A stretch of DNA of 37,883 nucleotides from a virus (taxonomy: Duplodnaviria > Caudoviricetes). The notes below the pieces were generated by a model, which made no database searches, was not told where the DNA came from, and was given only the letters and a program-made list of their open reading frames with translations. Within the stretch, counting starts at the first letter, position 1, and each line of letters opens with the position of its first letter. The translations under genes were made by a program, and so were the position numbers. The stretch covers positions 1 to 37,883 of IMG/VR virus record IMGVR_UViG_3300017909_002923; one strand, 5' to 3'. This document shows, in pieces, positions 19,499 through 28,232 of this stretch.

Positions 19499-20176
19499 AT
19501 GGAATTAAGTGATAAAACTTTAACAGTTCTAAGAAATTATTCTGGTATAAATCAGAATATATTAGTTCATTCAGGTAACACGATTAAAACCATGTCTGAG
19601 GCTAGAACTGTTTTGTCTACTGCAGTGGTAGATGAAACATTTCCTCAAGACTTTGGTGTGTATGATCTGAATGAATTTATCGGTGTGTTAGGATTGGTTG
19701 ACTCACCTCGACTTAAATTCGAGGATGAGTATGTAACAATCGGCGACTCAACCGGTAGATCAAAAGTTAAATATTTCTTCTCATCAGAAGAAACTTTAAC
19801 TACTCCTCAGAAAGACGTAACTATGCCGGAAGCTGACGTTAAGTTTACTTTAACTAATGACACTTTAAATAAACTTAAAAAGGCAGCTTCTACTCTTGGA
19901 CACAGCGAAGTGTCAATTAGTGGAAAAGATGGTGTGTTAAGTCTTTCTGTAGTGGAGTCACAAAACTCAACGTCAAACATATTTTCGATCGATGTTGACG
20001 GTGAGTTTAAACCAGATGCAGTATTCAATTTTATAATCAATATAAGTAACTTAAAAATGTTACCAGGTGATTATGATGTTGAAATATCATCTAAATTAAT
20101 AACGCAATTCAAAAACAAAGAAGTGAACGTGACTTATTGGATTGCACTTGAAAAATCCTCAACCTTCGGAGTATAG
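19499..20176 (+). CDS. gp45: Sliding clamp
   Basis: LS..TL.VL.NYSGINQ, FGVYDLNEFI and YWIALE motifs; ATG 19499 follows GGAG. Confidence 0.95.
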   Translation: MELSDKTLTVLRNYSGINQNILVHSGNTIKTMSEARTVLSTAVVDETFPQDFGVYDLNEFIGVLGLVDSPRLKFEDEYVTIGDSTGRSKVKYFFSSEETLTTPQKDVTMPEADVKFTLTNDTLNKLKKAASTLGHSEVSISGKDGVLSLSVVESQNSTSNIFSIDVDGEFKPDAVFNFIINISNLKMLPGDYDVEISSKLITQFKNKEVNVTYWIALEKSSTFGV

Positions 20177-20177
20177 T

Positions 20178-20378
20178 ATGTCAGAACAAACTGATCAGTT
20201 AAAAGAGTTAGCTAATAAAGCTTCTCGTAGCACCATTGCTGTAGTAGATGCAATCACTCAGCGTGGTGGATTTAAAGGCGAAGAACTTTCTACCATCGGT
20301 GGTCTTCGCGATCAATGTATACAAATTGTACAAATTTGTGAACAAATAGATCAAGAAGAAGCTTTGTCTGAAGAATAA
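20178..20378 (+). CDS. Small hypothetical protein
   Basis: 66-aa ORF from ATG 20178 with an upstream GGAG; contains QRGGFKGEELSTIG.LRDQ. Confidence 0.65.
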   Translation: MSEQTDQLKELANKASRSTIAVVDAITQRGGFKGEELSTIGGLRDQCIQIVQICEQIDQEEALSEE

Positions 20379-20380
20379 TA

Positions 20381-20409
20381 TTTACAATCTCTCTTTTTTG
20401 TGATATAAT
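20381..20409 (+). promoter_or_regulatory. Early/middle promoter for gp44
   Basis: TTTACA-N17-TATAAT with TGTGA before the -10 box. Confidence 0.75.
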
Positions 20410-20431
20410 TATTTTGTTATGGAGATTGTGA

Positions 20432-21364
20432 ATGTCAAAAGACTTCTTATGGGTCGAGAAATACCGGCCTAAAACTATTGCTGAAACTATCTTACCAGAT
20501 AGTCTAAAGCAAGTATTTCAAAAAATCATAGATGGCGGAGAGTTGCCAAACATGCTCTTCGCCGGTACTGCCGGTCTTGGTAAAACCACAATTGCTCGCG
20601 CATTATGTAATGAATTAAAATTAGATTACATTTTAATTAACGGGAGTGAAGAAGGTAATATAGATACTTTACGGACTAAGATCAAACAATTTGCATCTTC
20701 CGTCTCTTTGCAAGGAGGATATAAAGTTGTCATACTCGACGAGGCAGATTATCTTAATCCACAATCAACACAGCCAGCTCTCCGCGGGTTCATTGAGGAG
20801 TTTGCTAACAACGCTCGTTTTCTTTTAACTTGTAACTTTAAAAATCGTATTATCGAACCACTACATTCACGGTGCGGTGTATATGAATTCAATACAAGTA
20901 AAAAAGATCTACAGCCTTTAGCAGCACAAATGCTAAAACGTTGTCAAACTATTCTCGAATCCGAAGGTGTTAGCTACGATCAAATGGCTGTAGTTGATTT
21001 AATTATGAAACATGCACCAGATTGGAGGCGTATACTCAATGAGCTTCAGCGACAAAGCATGGTGGGTATTGTGGCTAGTGGGTCTATTAATAATAATGGA
21101 TCCTTTGATTCACTTTTTACCTATCTAAAAGAAAAAGACTTTAAGAAAATGCGTCAGTGGGTTGTCAATAATATCGACACTGACGCATCTGCTATTTTTC
21201 GTGGCATATATGATCGTATGTACGATAAATTAAAACCACAATCAATCCCTCAGATTGTTCTTATTCTCGCAGATTATCAATATAAAAATGCATTCGTTGC
21301 AGATCACGAACTGAATGTGGTTGCTTGTATGACGGAGATTATGGCGAATGTCGACTTTGCATAG
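20432..21364 (+). CDS. gp44: Clamp loader AAA+ subunit
   Basis: LWVEKYRP, GTAGLGKTT, ILDEADYL and PLHSRC motifs. Confidence 0.96.
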   Translation: MSKDFLWVEKYRPKTIAETILPDSLKQVFQKIIDGGELPNMLFAGTAGLGKTTIARALCNELKLDYILINGSEEGNIDTLRTKIKQFASSVSLQGGYKVVILDEADYLNPQSTQPALRGFIEEFANNARFLLTCNFKNRIIEPLHSRCGVYEFNTSKKDLQPLAAQMLKRCQTILESEGVSYDQMAVVDLIMKHAPDWRRILNELQRQSMVGIVASGSINNNGSFDSLFTYLKEKDFKKMRQWVVNNIDTDASAIFRGIYDRMYDKLKPQSIPQIVLILADYQYKNAFVADHELNVVACMTEIMANVDFA

Positions 21365-21524
21365 AGCGTGGAGAATATGGGCCAAGACAATTGGCAGCAA
21401 AATAGGAGATGATCGTGAAAGTGACATTGCTGCTATACTACGCACTATTTGGGTATGGACTCATTTGGCTGCTTGCTTTTTTATTATTGCACATAATGGT
21501 GTTAAGTTAGGTTGGTTTGTATGA
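21348..21524 (+). CDS. Small putative membrane protein (58 aa; below the ORF-track cutoff)
   Basis: MSTLHRAWRIWAKTIGSKIGDDRESDIAAILRTIWVWTHLAACFFIIAHNGVKLGWFV; exactly fills the gp44-gp62 gap with an ATGA overlap; hydrophobic C-half. Confidence 0.65.
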   Translation: MSTLHRAWRIWAKTIGSKIGDDRESDIAAILRTIWVWTHLAACFFIIAHNGVKLGWFV

Positions 21525-21898
21525 ATCCGTTTGAATACTTAAATGCTATCAACTATACAAAGCAAAATATTATGATTGACGATCTTGCAGAAAAAGAGTA
21601 TAATGCTTTTATGATTAATCGTGGTCTCTCTTATTTTAATGACACTGTTTTAATGGCAAATGAGATGAATCAACATGCTCATCTTGATAACCGTTTACAA
21701 TTTGACTTTTTTATAAATATAGTTAGGAAGAAGAAACGTTTCTCAAAATGGAACAAACCTGAAATCCTAAGTGACGTGGAAGTAGTTAAAGAATATTATG
21801 GGTATAGCAATGAAAAAGCCCGCCAAGTTTTAACCCTTCTCACATCAGAAAATATAGATGAATTAAAGAAGAAGGTTTATAAAGGTGGAAGAAAATAA
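21521..21898 (+). CDS. gp62: Clamp loader small subunit
   Basis: PFEYLNAIN, YNAFMINRGLS, RKKKRFSKW and VKEYYGYSNEKA motifs. Confidence 0.92.
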   Translation: MNPFEYLNAINYTKQNIMIDDLAEKEYNAFMINRGLSYFNDTVLMANEMNQHAHLDNRLQFDFFINIVRKKKRFSKWNKPEILSDVEVVKEYYGYSNEKARQVLTLLTSENIDELKKKVYKGGRK

Positions 21899-22295
21899 TT
21901 TAATAGAGTGGACACCTGCTTCGATGCTCGAAGTCACGCTTAACGAGCCAGACGATTTTCTTAAGGTTCGTGAGACATTGACTCGCATAGGTGTTGCGTC
22001 TCGTAAAGACAATAAACTATACCAATCATGTCATATACTACATAAGCAAGGCAGATATTTCATCGTGCATTTTAAAGAGTTATTTTTGCTTGATGGCAAG
22101 AAATCGAATCTAGAAGAAAATGATGTTGCACGTAGAAATACAATTGCTACACTTATGAGTGATTGGGGATTAATATCAATTGACAATAAAGCAAATGCAG
22201 AACCACTTGCTCCTCTACGTCAAATTAAAATAATTCCTTTTAAGGAAAAAAATAATTGGGAATTGTGTCCAAAATATAATATTGGAAATAAGTGA
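21885..22295 (+). CDS. regA: Translational repressor RegA
   Basis: PDDFLKVRETLTRIG, LYQSCHILHKQGRYFIVHFKELF and W.L.PKY.IG motifs. Confidence 0.96.
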   Translation: MEENNLIEWTPASMLEVTLNEPDDFLKVRETLTRIGVASRKDNKLYQSCHILHKQGRYFIVHFKELFLLDGKKSNLEENDVARRNTIATLMSDWGLISIDNKANAEPLAPLRQIKIIPFKEKNNWELCPKYNIGNK

Positions 22296-22301
22296 ATTTA
22301 A

Positions 22302-22868
22302 ATGGCAAACGAATTATCTGTCTATAAGTATTCAAGTTATAAAGAATATGTTGAAGAACAAACTAAAGCAAATAAACAAAAAATTGATTGGCAGTTTAGT
22401 GGTCATAAACAAATAAAATGGATAAAAAAACAAATTAATTCCGCTTCTAATATTATATGTCATGGTACAAGAAGTGGGGGAGAACAAAAAGTATTTCAAA
22501 AATTATATCCAAATGCTTATATAATTGGTACAGAAATAAGTGATACAGCTACTCAGTTTGAAATGACAGTGTGTCATGATTTCTCACTACAAAGAGATGA
22601 TTGGATTGAGCGTTTTGATATATTATATAGTAATGCTTTTGATCATAGTTATGATCCGAATAGAACAATTGTTACTTGGAAAAATCAATTGACAGAAGAA
22701 GGACGTATGTTTATCCATTGGGGAAAATACCACCAACATGCATCACACGGACCTCGAGATCCAGTGAGCGGTAGCATAGATAATTTTAAAAAGTTTTTAA
22801 ATAGGCATGGCTTAGAAGTTTTAAGCATCAATAACGATGTACTTATGTGCAAAAATATTTCTTCATAG
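22302..22868 (+). CDS. Putative class I SAM-dependent methyltransferase-like protein
   Basis: ICHGTRSG (motif I-like), IGTEIS (acidic end of beta2), FDILYSNAFDHSYDP and L..EG.MFI. Confidence 0.5.
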   Translation: MANELSVYKYSSYKEYVEEQTKANKQKIDWQFSGHKQIKWIKKQINSASNIICHGTRSGGEQKVFQKLYPNAYIIGTEISDTATQFEMTVCHDFSLQRDDWIERFDILYSNAFDHSYDPNRTIVTWKNQLTEEGRMFIHWGKYHQHASHGPRDPVSGSIDNFKKFLNRHGLEVLSINNDVLMCKNISS

Positions 22869-22869
22869 G

Positions 22870-22900
22870 GGTTTACATTTCAATTGTAAACCACTATATA
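22870..22900 (+). promoter_or_regulatory. hsp20 promoter with an overlapping 8-bp inverted repeat
   Basis: TTTACA-N17-TATATA; GGTTTACA-N7-TGTAAACC dyad at 22870-22892. Confidence 0.55.
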
Positions 22901-22907
22901 TAGTATA

Positions 22908-22964
22908 GGATGCCGAGGTCTCGGGTCCACTACAAATCTTGCTTGTATAAAGGAGATTACAATG
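22908..22964 (+). promoter_or_regulatory. ROSE-like RNA thermometer in the hsp20 5' UTR
   Basis: First hairpin GGATGCCGAG-GT-CTCGGGTCC; second hairpin AATCTTGCTT-GTATA-AAGGAGATT pairs UUGCU (bulged G) with the Shine-Dalgarno sequence. Confidence 0.75.
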
Positions 22965-23435
22965 ACAGGCAGTACTTTCACGTTCCCTCGTGGAGCATTT
23001 GTTGGTTTCGACCATATTTTTAACGATCTAGAAAGAATGGCATCTGCCCATCAGAAAGATCATTATCCACCACATAATGTTGTAAAACATAACGAAGATG
23101 AATATCTCATTGAACTCGCAGTGGTCGGATTTAAACAAGAACATATCGATATTCAGATGCATGATGGTATCCTTACTGTAAAAGGTAATAGAGATTCCAG
23201 AAGAGATCAAAATCTGTATGTCCATAAAGGTATCAGCGGTCGTAAATTCGAGAGGTCATTTAGACTCTCCGAATTTGTAGAAGTCACTGGAGCTACGCTC
23301 GAGGATGGTTTGCTTACAATTGCTTTGGAGCGAATCATTCCAGATGAGAAGCGTCCTCGTAAAATAGCAATCACTAACAATTTACGAGGTAAAGATGACA
23401 CAACTAGTCCTGAACTACTCAACGAGTCTGTTTGA
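22962..23435 (+). CDS. hsp20: Small heat-shock protein (Hsp20/IbpA family)
   Basis: VGFD, YPPHNVV, IELAVVGF, HKGISGRKFERSF.L, A.LEDGLLTI and PRKIAI motifs. Confidence 0.95.
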   Translation: MTGSTFTFPRGAFVGFDHIFNDLERMASAHQKDHYPPHNVVKHNEDEYLIELAVVGFKQEHIDIQMHDGILTVKGNRDSRRDQNLYVHKGISGRKFERSFRLSEFVEVTGATLEDGLLTIALERIIPDEKRPRKIAITNNLRGKDDTTSPELLNESV

Positions 23436-23607
23436 AGTAATATACGGTTTTCTACAAAACATTGCTAATTCTTTAATGCTTGCACGCCAACTAGCAGCAA
23501 ATCAAGAGGCAGCAAAGTTGCTATCAAGTTCTGAGTATGCTGGTAAAGAATACCAGAGAATACTTGCAGAAATGAATGATGCAACTAGAAAGCAGTATGG
23601 TAAATAA
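23395..23607 (+). CDS. Small hypothetical helical protein
   Basis: 70-aa ORF with a GAGG Shine-Dalgarno, overlapping the hsp20 3' end. Confidence 0.55.
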   Translation: MTQLVLNYSTSLFEVIYGFLQNIANSLMLARQLAANQEAAKLLSSSEYAGKEYQRILAEMNDATRKQYGK

Positions 23608-23691
23608 GATGTTAAAATTCTTTTTCAATTACTATCAGACAGAACAACAACTGTATAATTCCATGAAAAACTGGAGAACAGAATAATAAAT

Positions 23692-23728
23692 AAAGGGAGC
23701 AGGGCAACTTGCTCCTTTTAACTTTTTA
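23692..23728 (+). terminator. Terminator-like hairpin (GCAA tetraloop) upstream of the lysozyme gene
   Basis: AAAGGGAGCAGG-GCAA-CTTGCTCCTTTT followed by T-rich sequence; AATAAATA late-promoter variant at 23685-23692. Confidence 0.7.
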
Positions 23729-23738
23729 GGAGAAACAA

Positions 23739-24251
23739 ATGGCAGCAGAAAATTATCAGACATGTTTAGAAATGATTCTACACCACGAAGGTGGATATGT
23801 AAATCACCCAAAAGATCCGGGTGGAGAAACTAATTTAGGTGTCACCAAACGAGTATACGAAGAGTGGGGTGGAACAAAAGATATGAAAGATCTTACTGTC
23901 GAAGATGTTGCACCAATATACGAAAAAAATTATTGGGGACGTATGAAATGCGATAATATACCTGCTGGTTTAGATTTATGTTTATTTGATTTTGGTGTTA
24001 ATGCTGGTACTGGAAGATCAGCTAAGTTTTTACAAACTATGATAGACACAACAGCAGACGGTGGTATTGGTCCAAACACTCTTTCAAAACTTGCTGACTA
24101 TATCGATGAAAATGGTATAGAAGATACAATCAAAAATTTTCAAGCAGAAAGACAAAAGTATTATGAGTCTTTGTCTACGTTTGATACGTTCGGTAAAGGC
24201 TGGACTCGCAGAGTCGATGAGACAACTGAAGCTGCTTTGAAAATGATTTAG
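23739..24251 (+). CDS. Lysozyme / endolysin, glycoside hydrolase family 108, with a peptidoglycan-binding C-terminus
   Basis: HEGGYVNHPKDPGGETNLGVT, FDFGVNAG, DGGIGPNT and FGKGWTRRV motifs. Confidence 0.92.
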   Translation: MAAENYQTCLEMILHHEGGYVNHPKDPGGETNLGVTKRVYEEWGGTKDMKDLTVEDVAPIYEKNYWGRMKCDNIPAGLDLCLFDFGVNAGTGRSAKFLQTMIDTTADGGIGPNTLSKLADYIDENGIEDTIKNFQAERQKYYESLSTFDTFGKGWTRRVDETTEAALKMI

Positions 24252-24254
24252 TAG

Positions 24255-24283
24255 TTTACATTTCCTTCAATTTGTGGTATAAT
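24255..24283 (+). promoter_or_regulatory. Early/middle promoter for gp43
   Basis: TTTACA-N17 (ending TGTGG)-TATAAT. Confidence 0.8.
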
Positions 24284-24306
24284 AGATATGTGTTATTGGA
24301 GGTTTA

Positions 24307-26868
24307 ATGTCATTTTATACATCTGTCGTACGTTACGGCAACTCAATGCTTTATCGTGGTTATGACTCTGCTGGTAAAAGAGTATCACGAAAAGATTTTT
24401 TTAAACCTACGTTTTTTACTCAGAGTCGTAAAGATTCTGAGTGGCGTGGTTTGGATGGAACGCCTGTTAGTCCTATACAATTTGAAAACATGCGTGAATC
24501 TAGAAACTGGCTCGAGCAAAACAAAGACGTAGCCGGCCGTCACATCTTCGGAAATCCTAATTATCTTCACCAATATATTACGAGTAAGTTTCCTAATGAA
24601 ATCAAATTTCGTCGTGAACTTATTAACGTAAGTACTATTGATATTGAAACTGATTATGATAATGGATTTCCACATCCGTCCGAAGCTTCACAAAAAATTC
24701 TTGCTATCACAATTAAAAATAGCACCAGTCCTGTATATTGGGTCTGGGGCTATGGTGATTATGACGTAGAAAAAGCTCTTATCAAACCTGTACGATATGT
24801 CAAGTGCGAAGATGAACACCAACTTCTCACAAGATTTCTCGATTTTATTAATGATCCTAATCGAGCTCCGGACGTTATAACTGGCTGGAACACTCGATTT
24901 TTTGATATTCCATATCTCGTTAATCGTACTGCCAAGGTATTAGGTCTTGCCGAAGTCAAAAGATTCTCGCCTTGGGGTATGGTTGACTATCGTAAAGTAA
25001 GACGTCGTATGAAAGAAGAAGATACATACGATATTAAAGGTATACAAACTCTTGATTATCTCGAGCTGTTTCAAAAATTTGGCTATTCTTATGGTGCTCA
25101 AGAATCTTACAAACTCAATCATATTGCTAATGTGGTTCTTGGCGAAAAGAAATTATCTTACGAAGAATCCGGTTCTCTTAAAAATTTATATAAAGACGAC
25201 TTTCAAAAATACATTGACTATAATATGAAAGATGTTGAGCTTGTTGATCGTCTCGAAGAAAAGATGGGATTGATTACTCTTGCTATGACAATAGCTTACA
25301 AAGGTGGTGTTAACTATCAAGACACTTTCGGTGTCACAGCAATATGGGAATCAATTATCTATCGCTACCTTAATAAACAAAAGCGTGTTCCATCTGTTAA
25401 TCAATTAGATAGTAGTCAATATCAAATTATCGGTGCGACCGAAACTTCAAAGAAAAATCCATCACCTGCTTTTAGAGAAGAAGGTAAGTCTCATCAAATT
25501 GCAGGTGGTTACGTAAAAGATCCAAAGCCTGGTGCTTATGACTGGGTTGTATCATTTGATTTAAATTCTCTATATCCAAATATCATTGTTCAAGCAAACA
25601 TATCACCAGAAACTTTAATGCCGAGTACGCAATGGTTAATGCCTGGTGTTAAACATTATCTTAATACAGTTGCGCCAGAAAGCAATCATTCAATCGCTGC
25701 TAATGGAACTACGTATAGCAAAAAAGTTGAAGGTGTCATACCTTCTATTATTACTGAATATTATGATGAACGTGTTTCAGTAAAAAATATGATGCTTGCT
25801 GCTATGAAAGATTATCAAGTTAATAAAACAGTAGAACTTGAAAGAGAAATCAATACACTCGAAAATAGACAAATGGCTATTAAAATTCTACTTAACTCTT
25901 TATATGGCGCATTAGCTAATAAGTATTTTAAATATTTTCATCCAGGTATGGCCGAAGGTGTTACTCTCACTGGTCAAACCACGATTAAGTGGGCAGAGCG
26001 TGCCATGAATGGTGCTATGAATAGTCTTCTTAAAACAGAAAAAGATTATGTTATAGCAATCGATACGGATTCAATTTACGTAAACTTCAATGCTCTCGTC
26101 AAAGAATTAAAACCAAAAGATCCAGTTAAATTCTTAGATAAAATTTGTAAGGAACATTTTGAACCTATGATTGCAAAATCGTATGATGCTTTTTTTACAC
26201 GTATGAATCATCATACTAAACGCATGGAAATGGCAAGAGAAGTTATTGCTGACCGTGGCGTATGGACAGCAAAGAAACGTTATATACTGAATGTTCATAA
26301 CTCTGAAGGCGTACAGTATGCAGAACCAAAACTTAAAATCATGGGTATTGAAGCAATTAAGTCTTCGACACCGGAAGTAGTACGTGATAAATTTAAAGAA
26401 GTATTTAAAATCATTATGGCTGGTGATGAGAAAGAAACACAAGATTTTATATCTCGATTTAAAACAGAATTCAAGCAACTTCCACCAGAACAAGTAGCTT
26501 TTCCACGTGGTACTAATAATATATCTGAGTGGTCTGATCGTAAAATCACATACAAAAAAGGCACACCAATTCATGTGCGTGGCGCTTTACTTTACAATAA
26601 ATATATTAAAGCAATGAAGCTCACAAACAAATACGAAATTATAAACAACGGTGATCGCGTAAAGTTCACCTATTTACGAGTACCAAACAGCATACGTGAA
26701 AATGTAGTATCTTTTCCAGACGTTTTGCCAGAAGAATTCAAACTACATAATTATGTGGATTACGATTTACAATTCGAAAAAACTTTTATTGAACCGCTTA
26801 ATTTTATTTTACATGCTGTTGGCTGGTCTGCAGAAGAACAAGCGAGCCTCGATGCTTTTTTTAATTAA
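24307..26868 (+). CDS. gp43: Family B DNA polymerase
   Basis: Exonuclease DIET, GWN..FFDIPY and YN..DV; polymerase SFDLNSLYP, KILLNSLYG, DTDS and KKRY; C-terminal SLDAFF clamp peptide. Confidence 0.98.
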   Translation: MSFYTSVVRYGNSMLYRGYDSAGKRVSRKDFFKPTFFTQSRKDSEWRGLDGTPVSPIQFENMRESRNWLEQNKDVAGRHIFGNPNYLHQYITSKFPNEIKFRRELINVSTIDIETDYDNGFPHPSEASQKILAITIKNSTSPVYWVWGYGDYDVEKALIKPVRYVKCEDEHQLLTRFLDFINDPNRAPDVITGWNTRFFDIPYLVNRTAKVLGLAEVKRFSPWGMVDYRKVRRRMKEEDTYDIKGIQTLDYLELFQKFGYSYGAQESYKLNHIANVVLGEKKLSYEESGSLKNLYKDDFQKYIDYNMKDVELVDRLEEKMGLITLAMTIAYKGGVNYQDTFGVTAIWESIIYRYLNKQKRVPSVNQLDSSQYQIIGATETSKKNPSPAFREEGKSHQIAGGYVKDPKPGAYDWVVSFDLNSLYPNIIVQANISPETLMPSTQWLMPGVKHYLNTVAPESNHSIAANGTTYSKKVEGVIPSIITEYYDERVSVKNMMLAAMKDYQVNKTVELEREINTLENRQMAIKILLNSLYGALANKYFKYFHPGMAEGVTLTGQTTIKWAERAMNGAMNSLLKTEKDYVIAIDTDSIYVNFNALVKELKPKDPVKFLDKICKEHFEPMIAKSYDAFFTRMNHHTKRMEMAREVIADRGVWTAKKRYILNVHNSEGVQYAEPKLKIMGIEAIKSSTPEVVRDKFKEVFKIIMAGDEKETQDFISRFKTEFKQLPPEQVAFPRGTNNISEWSDRKITYKKGTPIHVRGALLYNKYIKAMKLTNKYEIINNGDRVKFTYLRVPNSIRENVVSFPDVLPEEFKLHNYVDYDLQFEKTFIEPLNFILHAVGWSAEEQASLDAFFN

Positions 26869-26871
26869 TGG

Positions 26872-26900
26872 TTTACAATTCAACACAAATGGAGTATAAT
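26872..26900 (+). promoter_or_regulatory. Early/middle promoter opening the modification island
   Basis: TTTACA-N17-TATAAT, 5 nt before ATG 26906. Confidence 0.75.
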
Positions 26901-26905
26901 ATACT

Positions 26906-27328
26906 ATGAGTAAAGATTGGGTAAATGATATAAATGAAATGCATTCTAAGTTCGGTGTCCACGAATGGGTTGATCACGAACTTATGAATAGAACTGACTG
27001 GCAAAAGCTTAATAAATTTTTACAATTTAGATTGAATTTTTTAAAAGAAGAATTAAATGAAACATGTAATGCTTTTGATAATAAAGATAGTGAGGAGATT
27101 GTAGATGGTCTTATTGACTTATGCGTTGTTGCTATTGGTACTCTTGATGCCTTCGGAGTGGATGCTTATAAAGCATGGGACGAAGTTCACAGCGCCAATA
27201 TGGCAAAAGAACGAGGAATAAAAGAATCACGACCTAATCCGCTTGGATTACCTGACTTAATTAAACCTGAAGGATGGACAGGGCCAAACCACAATGATAA
27301 CACCGGAAATATCCCTAACGCTCTTTAA
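26906..27328 (+). CDS. MazG-like / all-alpha NTP pyrophosphohydrolase (candidate dCTPase/dUTPase)
   Basis: FLKEELNE..EEIVDGLIDL acidic helices, EVHSANMAK and DLIKPEGW..P. Confidence 0.8.
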   Translation: MSKDWVNDINEMHSKFGVHEWVDHELMNRTDWQKLNKFLQFRLNFLKEELNETCNAFDNKDSEEIVDGLIDLCVVAIGTLDAFGVDAYKAWDEVHSANMAKERGIKESRPNPLGLPDLIKPEGWTGPNHNDNTGNIPNAL

Positions 27329-28232
27329 GGGAATATATGATAACAAAACGAGTATGCGCGTTGATCTTCATGATTTCAACGCGTTTGAACGCGTTCTATA
27401 TCAATTGGCCGAAAAACCAAGAGCGAGCAAAAAAGATGCTGAGCTTATGTCACCAGCAATATACGAACCAGATACTTTACGTAGAAACGATAACGTAATT
27501 GAATGGGCTTGTTGGTGCGCAGTTGATGTTGATGATTATAAGTTTAATGGAGAGTTAGAACATGATCTGGTTAATAGGTTTAATGATTATCGTTTTATTT
27601 GTTATAGTACTGCAAGTAGCACGATTGATCTACCGAAGTTTCGCCTTGTCTTCCCTCTTACGAACTCAGTACGGAATGGAGAAATTAAAGCTTTCTGGTA
27701 TGCGTTACAAACTGAACTCGGCGACCTCGGAGACAAACAAACTAAGGATTTGTCACGAATGTATTACATCCCTGGAAAATACGCTGGTGCTTACAACTTT
27801 ATATTCAGTCATCATGACGGTAACGCTATTGATCCTTATCAACTAATTAATAAACATCCAATGGCAGAAAAAACTGCTACGTCTTTTATTGATCGACTAC
27901 CAGAAGCTATGCAAAAAGAAATTATTGAGTATCGTAAATCTAAACTTGAAAACACAGATATAAACTGGACGTCATATCGAGATTGTCCGTTCTTTCCAAG
28001 ACAACTTGAAAACGAGTATAGAGCTATCAGTAATACAGGCTGGTATCATAAGATGTATCAAATCATGGTCGCTCTTGCCGGCAACGCAATTAAAAAAGAA
28101 TATCCAATTAGTGCTCAAGAAATATCTAAAATGTGCAGAGAGCTTGATATGGAAACTGGTAATTGGTATGCTAATCGACCAATGGATAAAGAAGCAGATC
28201 GGGCGTTAGAATATGTCTACAAAAACGTATAA
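27294..28232 (+). CDS. Archaeo-eukaryotic primase (PrimPol/VirE-N-like) superfamily protein
   Basis: AVDVDD (DxD), YSTAS..PKFRLVFPL and DKQTKDLSRMYYIP, plus a helical C-terminal domain. Confidence 0.7.
   Translation: MITPEISLTLFKGIYDNKTSMRVDLHDFNAFERVLYQLAEKPRASKKDAELMSPAIYEPDTLRRNDNVIEWACWCAVDVDDYKFNGELEHDLVNRFNDYRFICYSTASSTIDLPKFRLVFPLTNSVRNGEIKAFWYALQTELGDLGDKQTKDLSRMYYIPGKYAGAYNFIFSHHDGNAIDPYQLINKHPMAEKTATSFIDRLPEAMQKEIIEYRKSKLENTDINWTSYRDCPFFPRQLENEYRAISNTGWYHKMYQIMVALAGNAIKKEYPISAQEISKMCRELDMETGNWYANRPMDKEADRALEYVYKNV

Noticed and set aside
21712-21719. TATAAATA inside gp62, upstream of regA
   Set aside because: Could be a late promoter, but it is intragenic in an AT-rich genome and may be chance; not reported as a feature.
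23609-23686. 25-codon ORF (MLKFFFNYYQTEQQLYNSMKNWRTE) after the hsp20-linked gene
   Set aside because: No SD and too short to support without conservation data.
24307-26868. Possible split gene, intron or intein in gp43
   Set aside because: Single continuous 853-aa ORF with all motifs in order.
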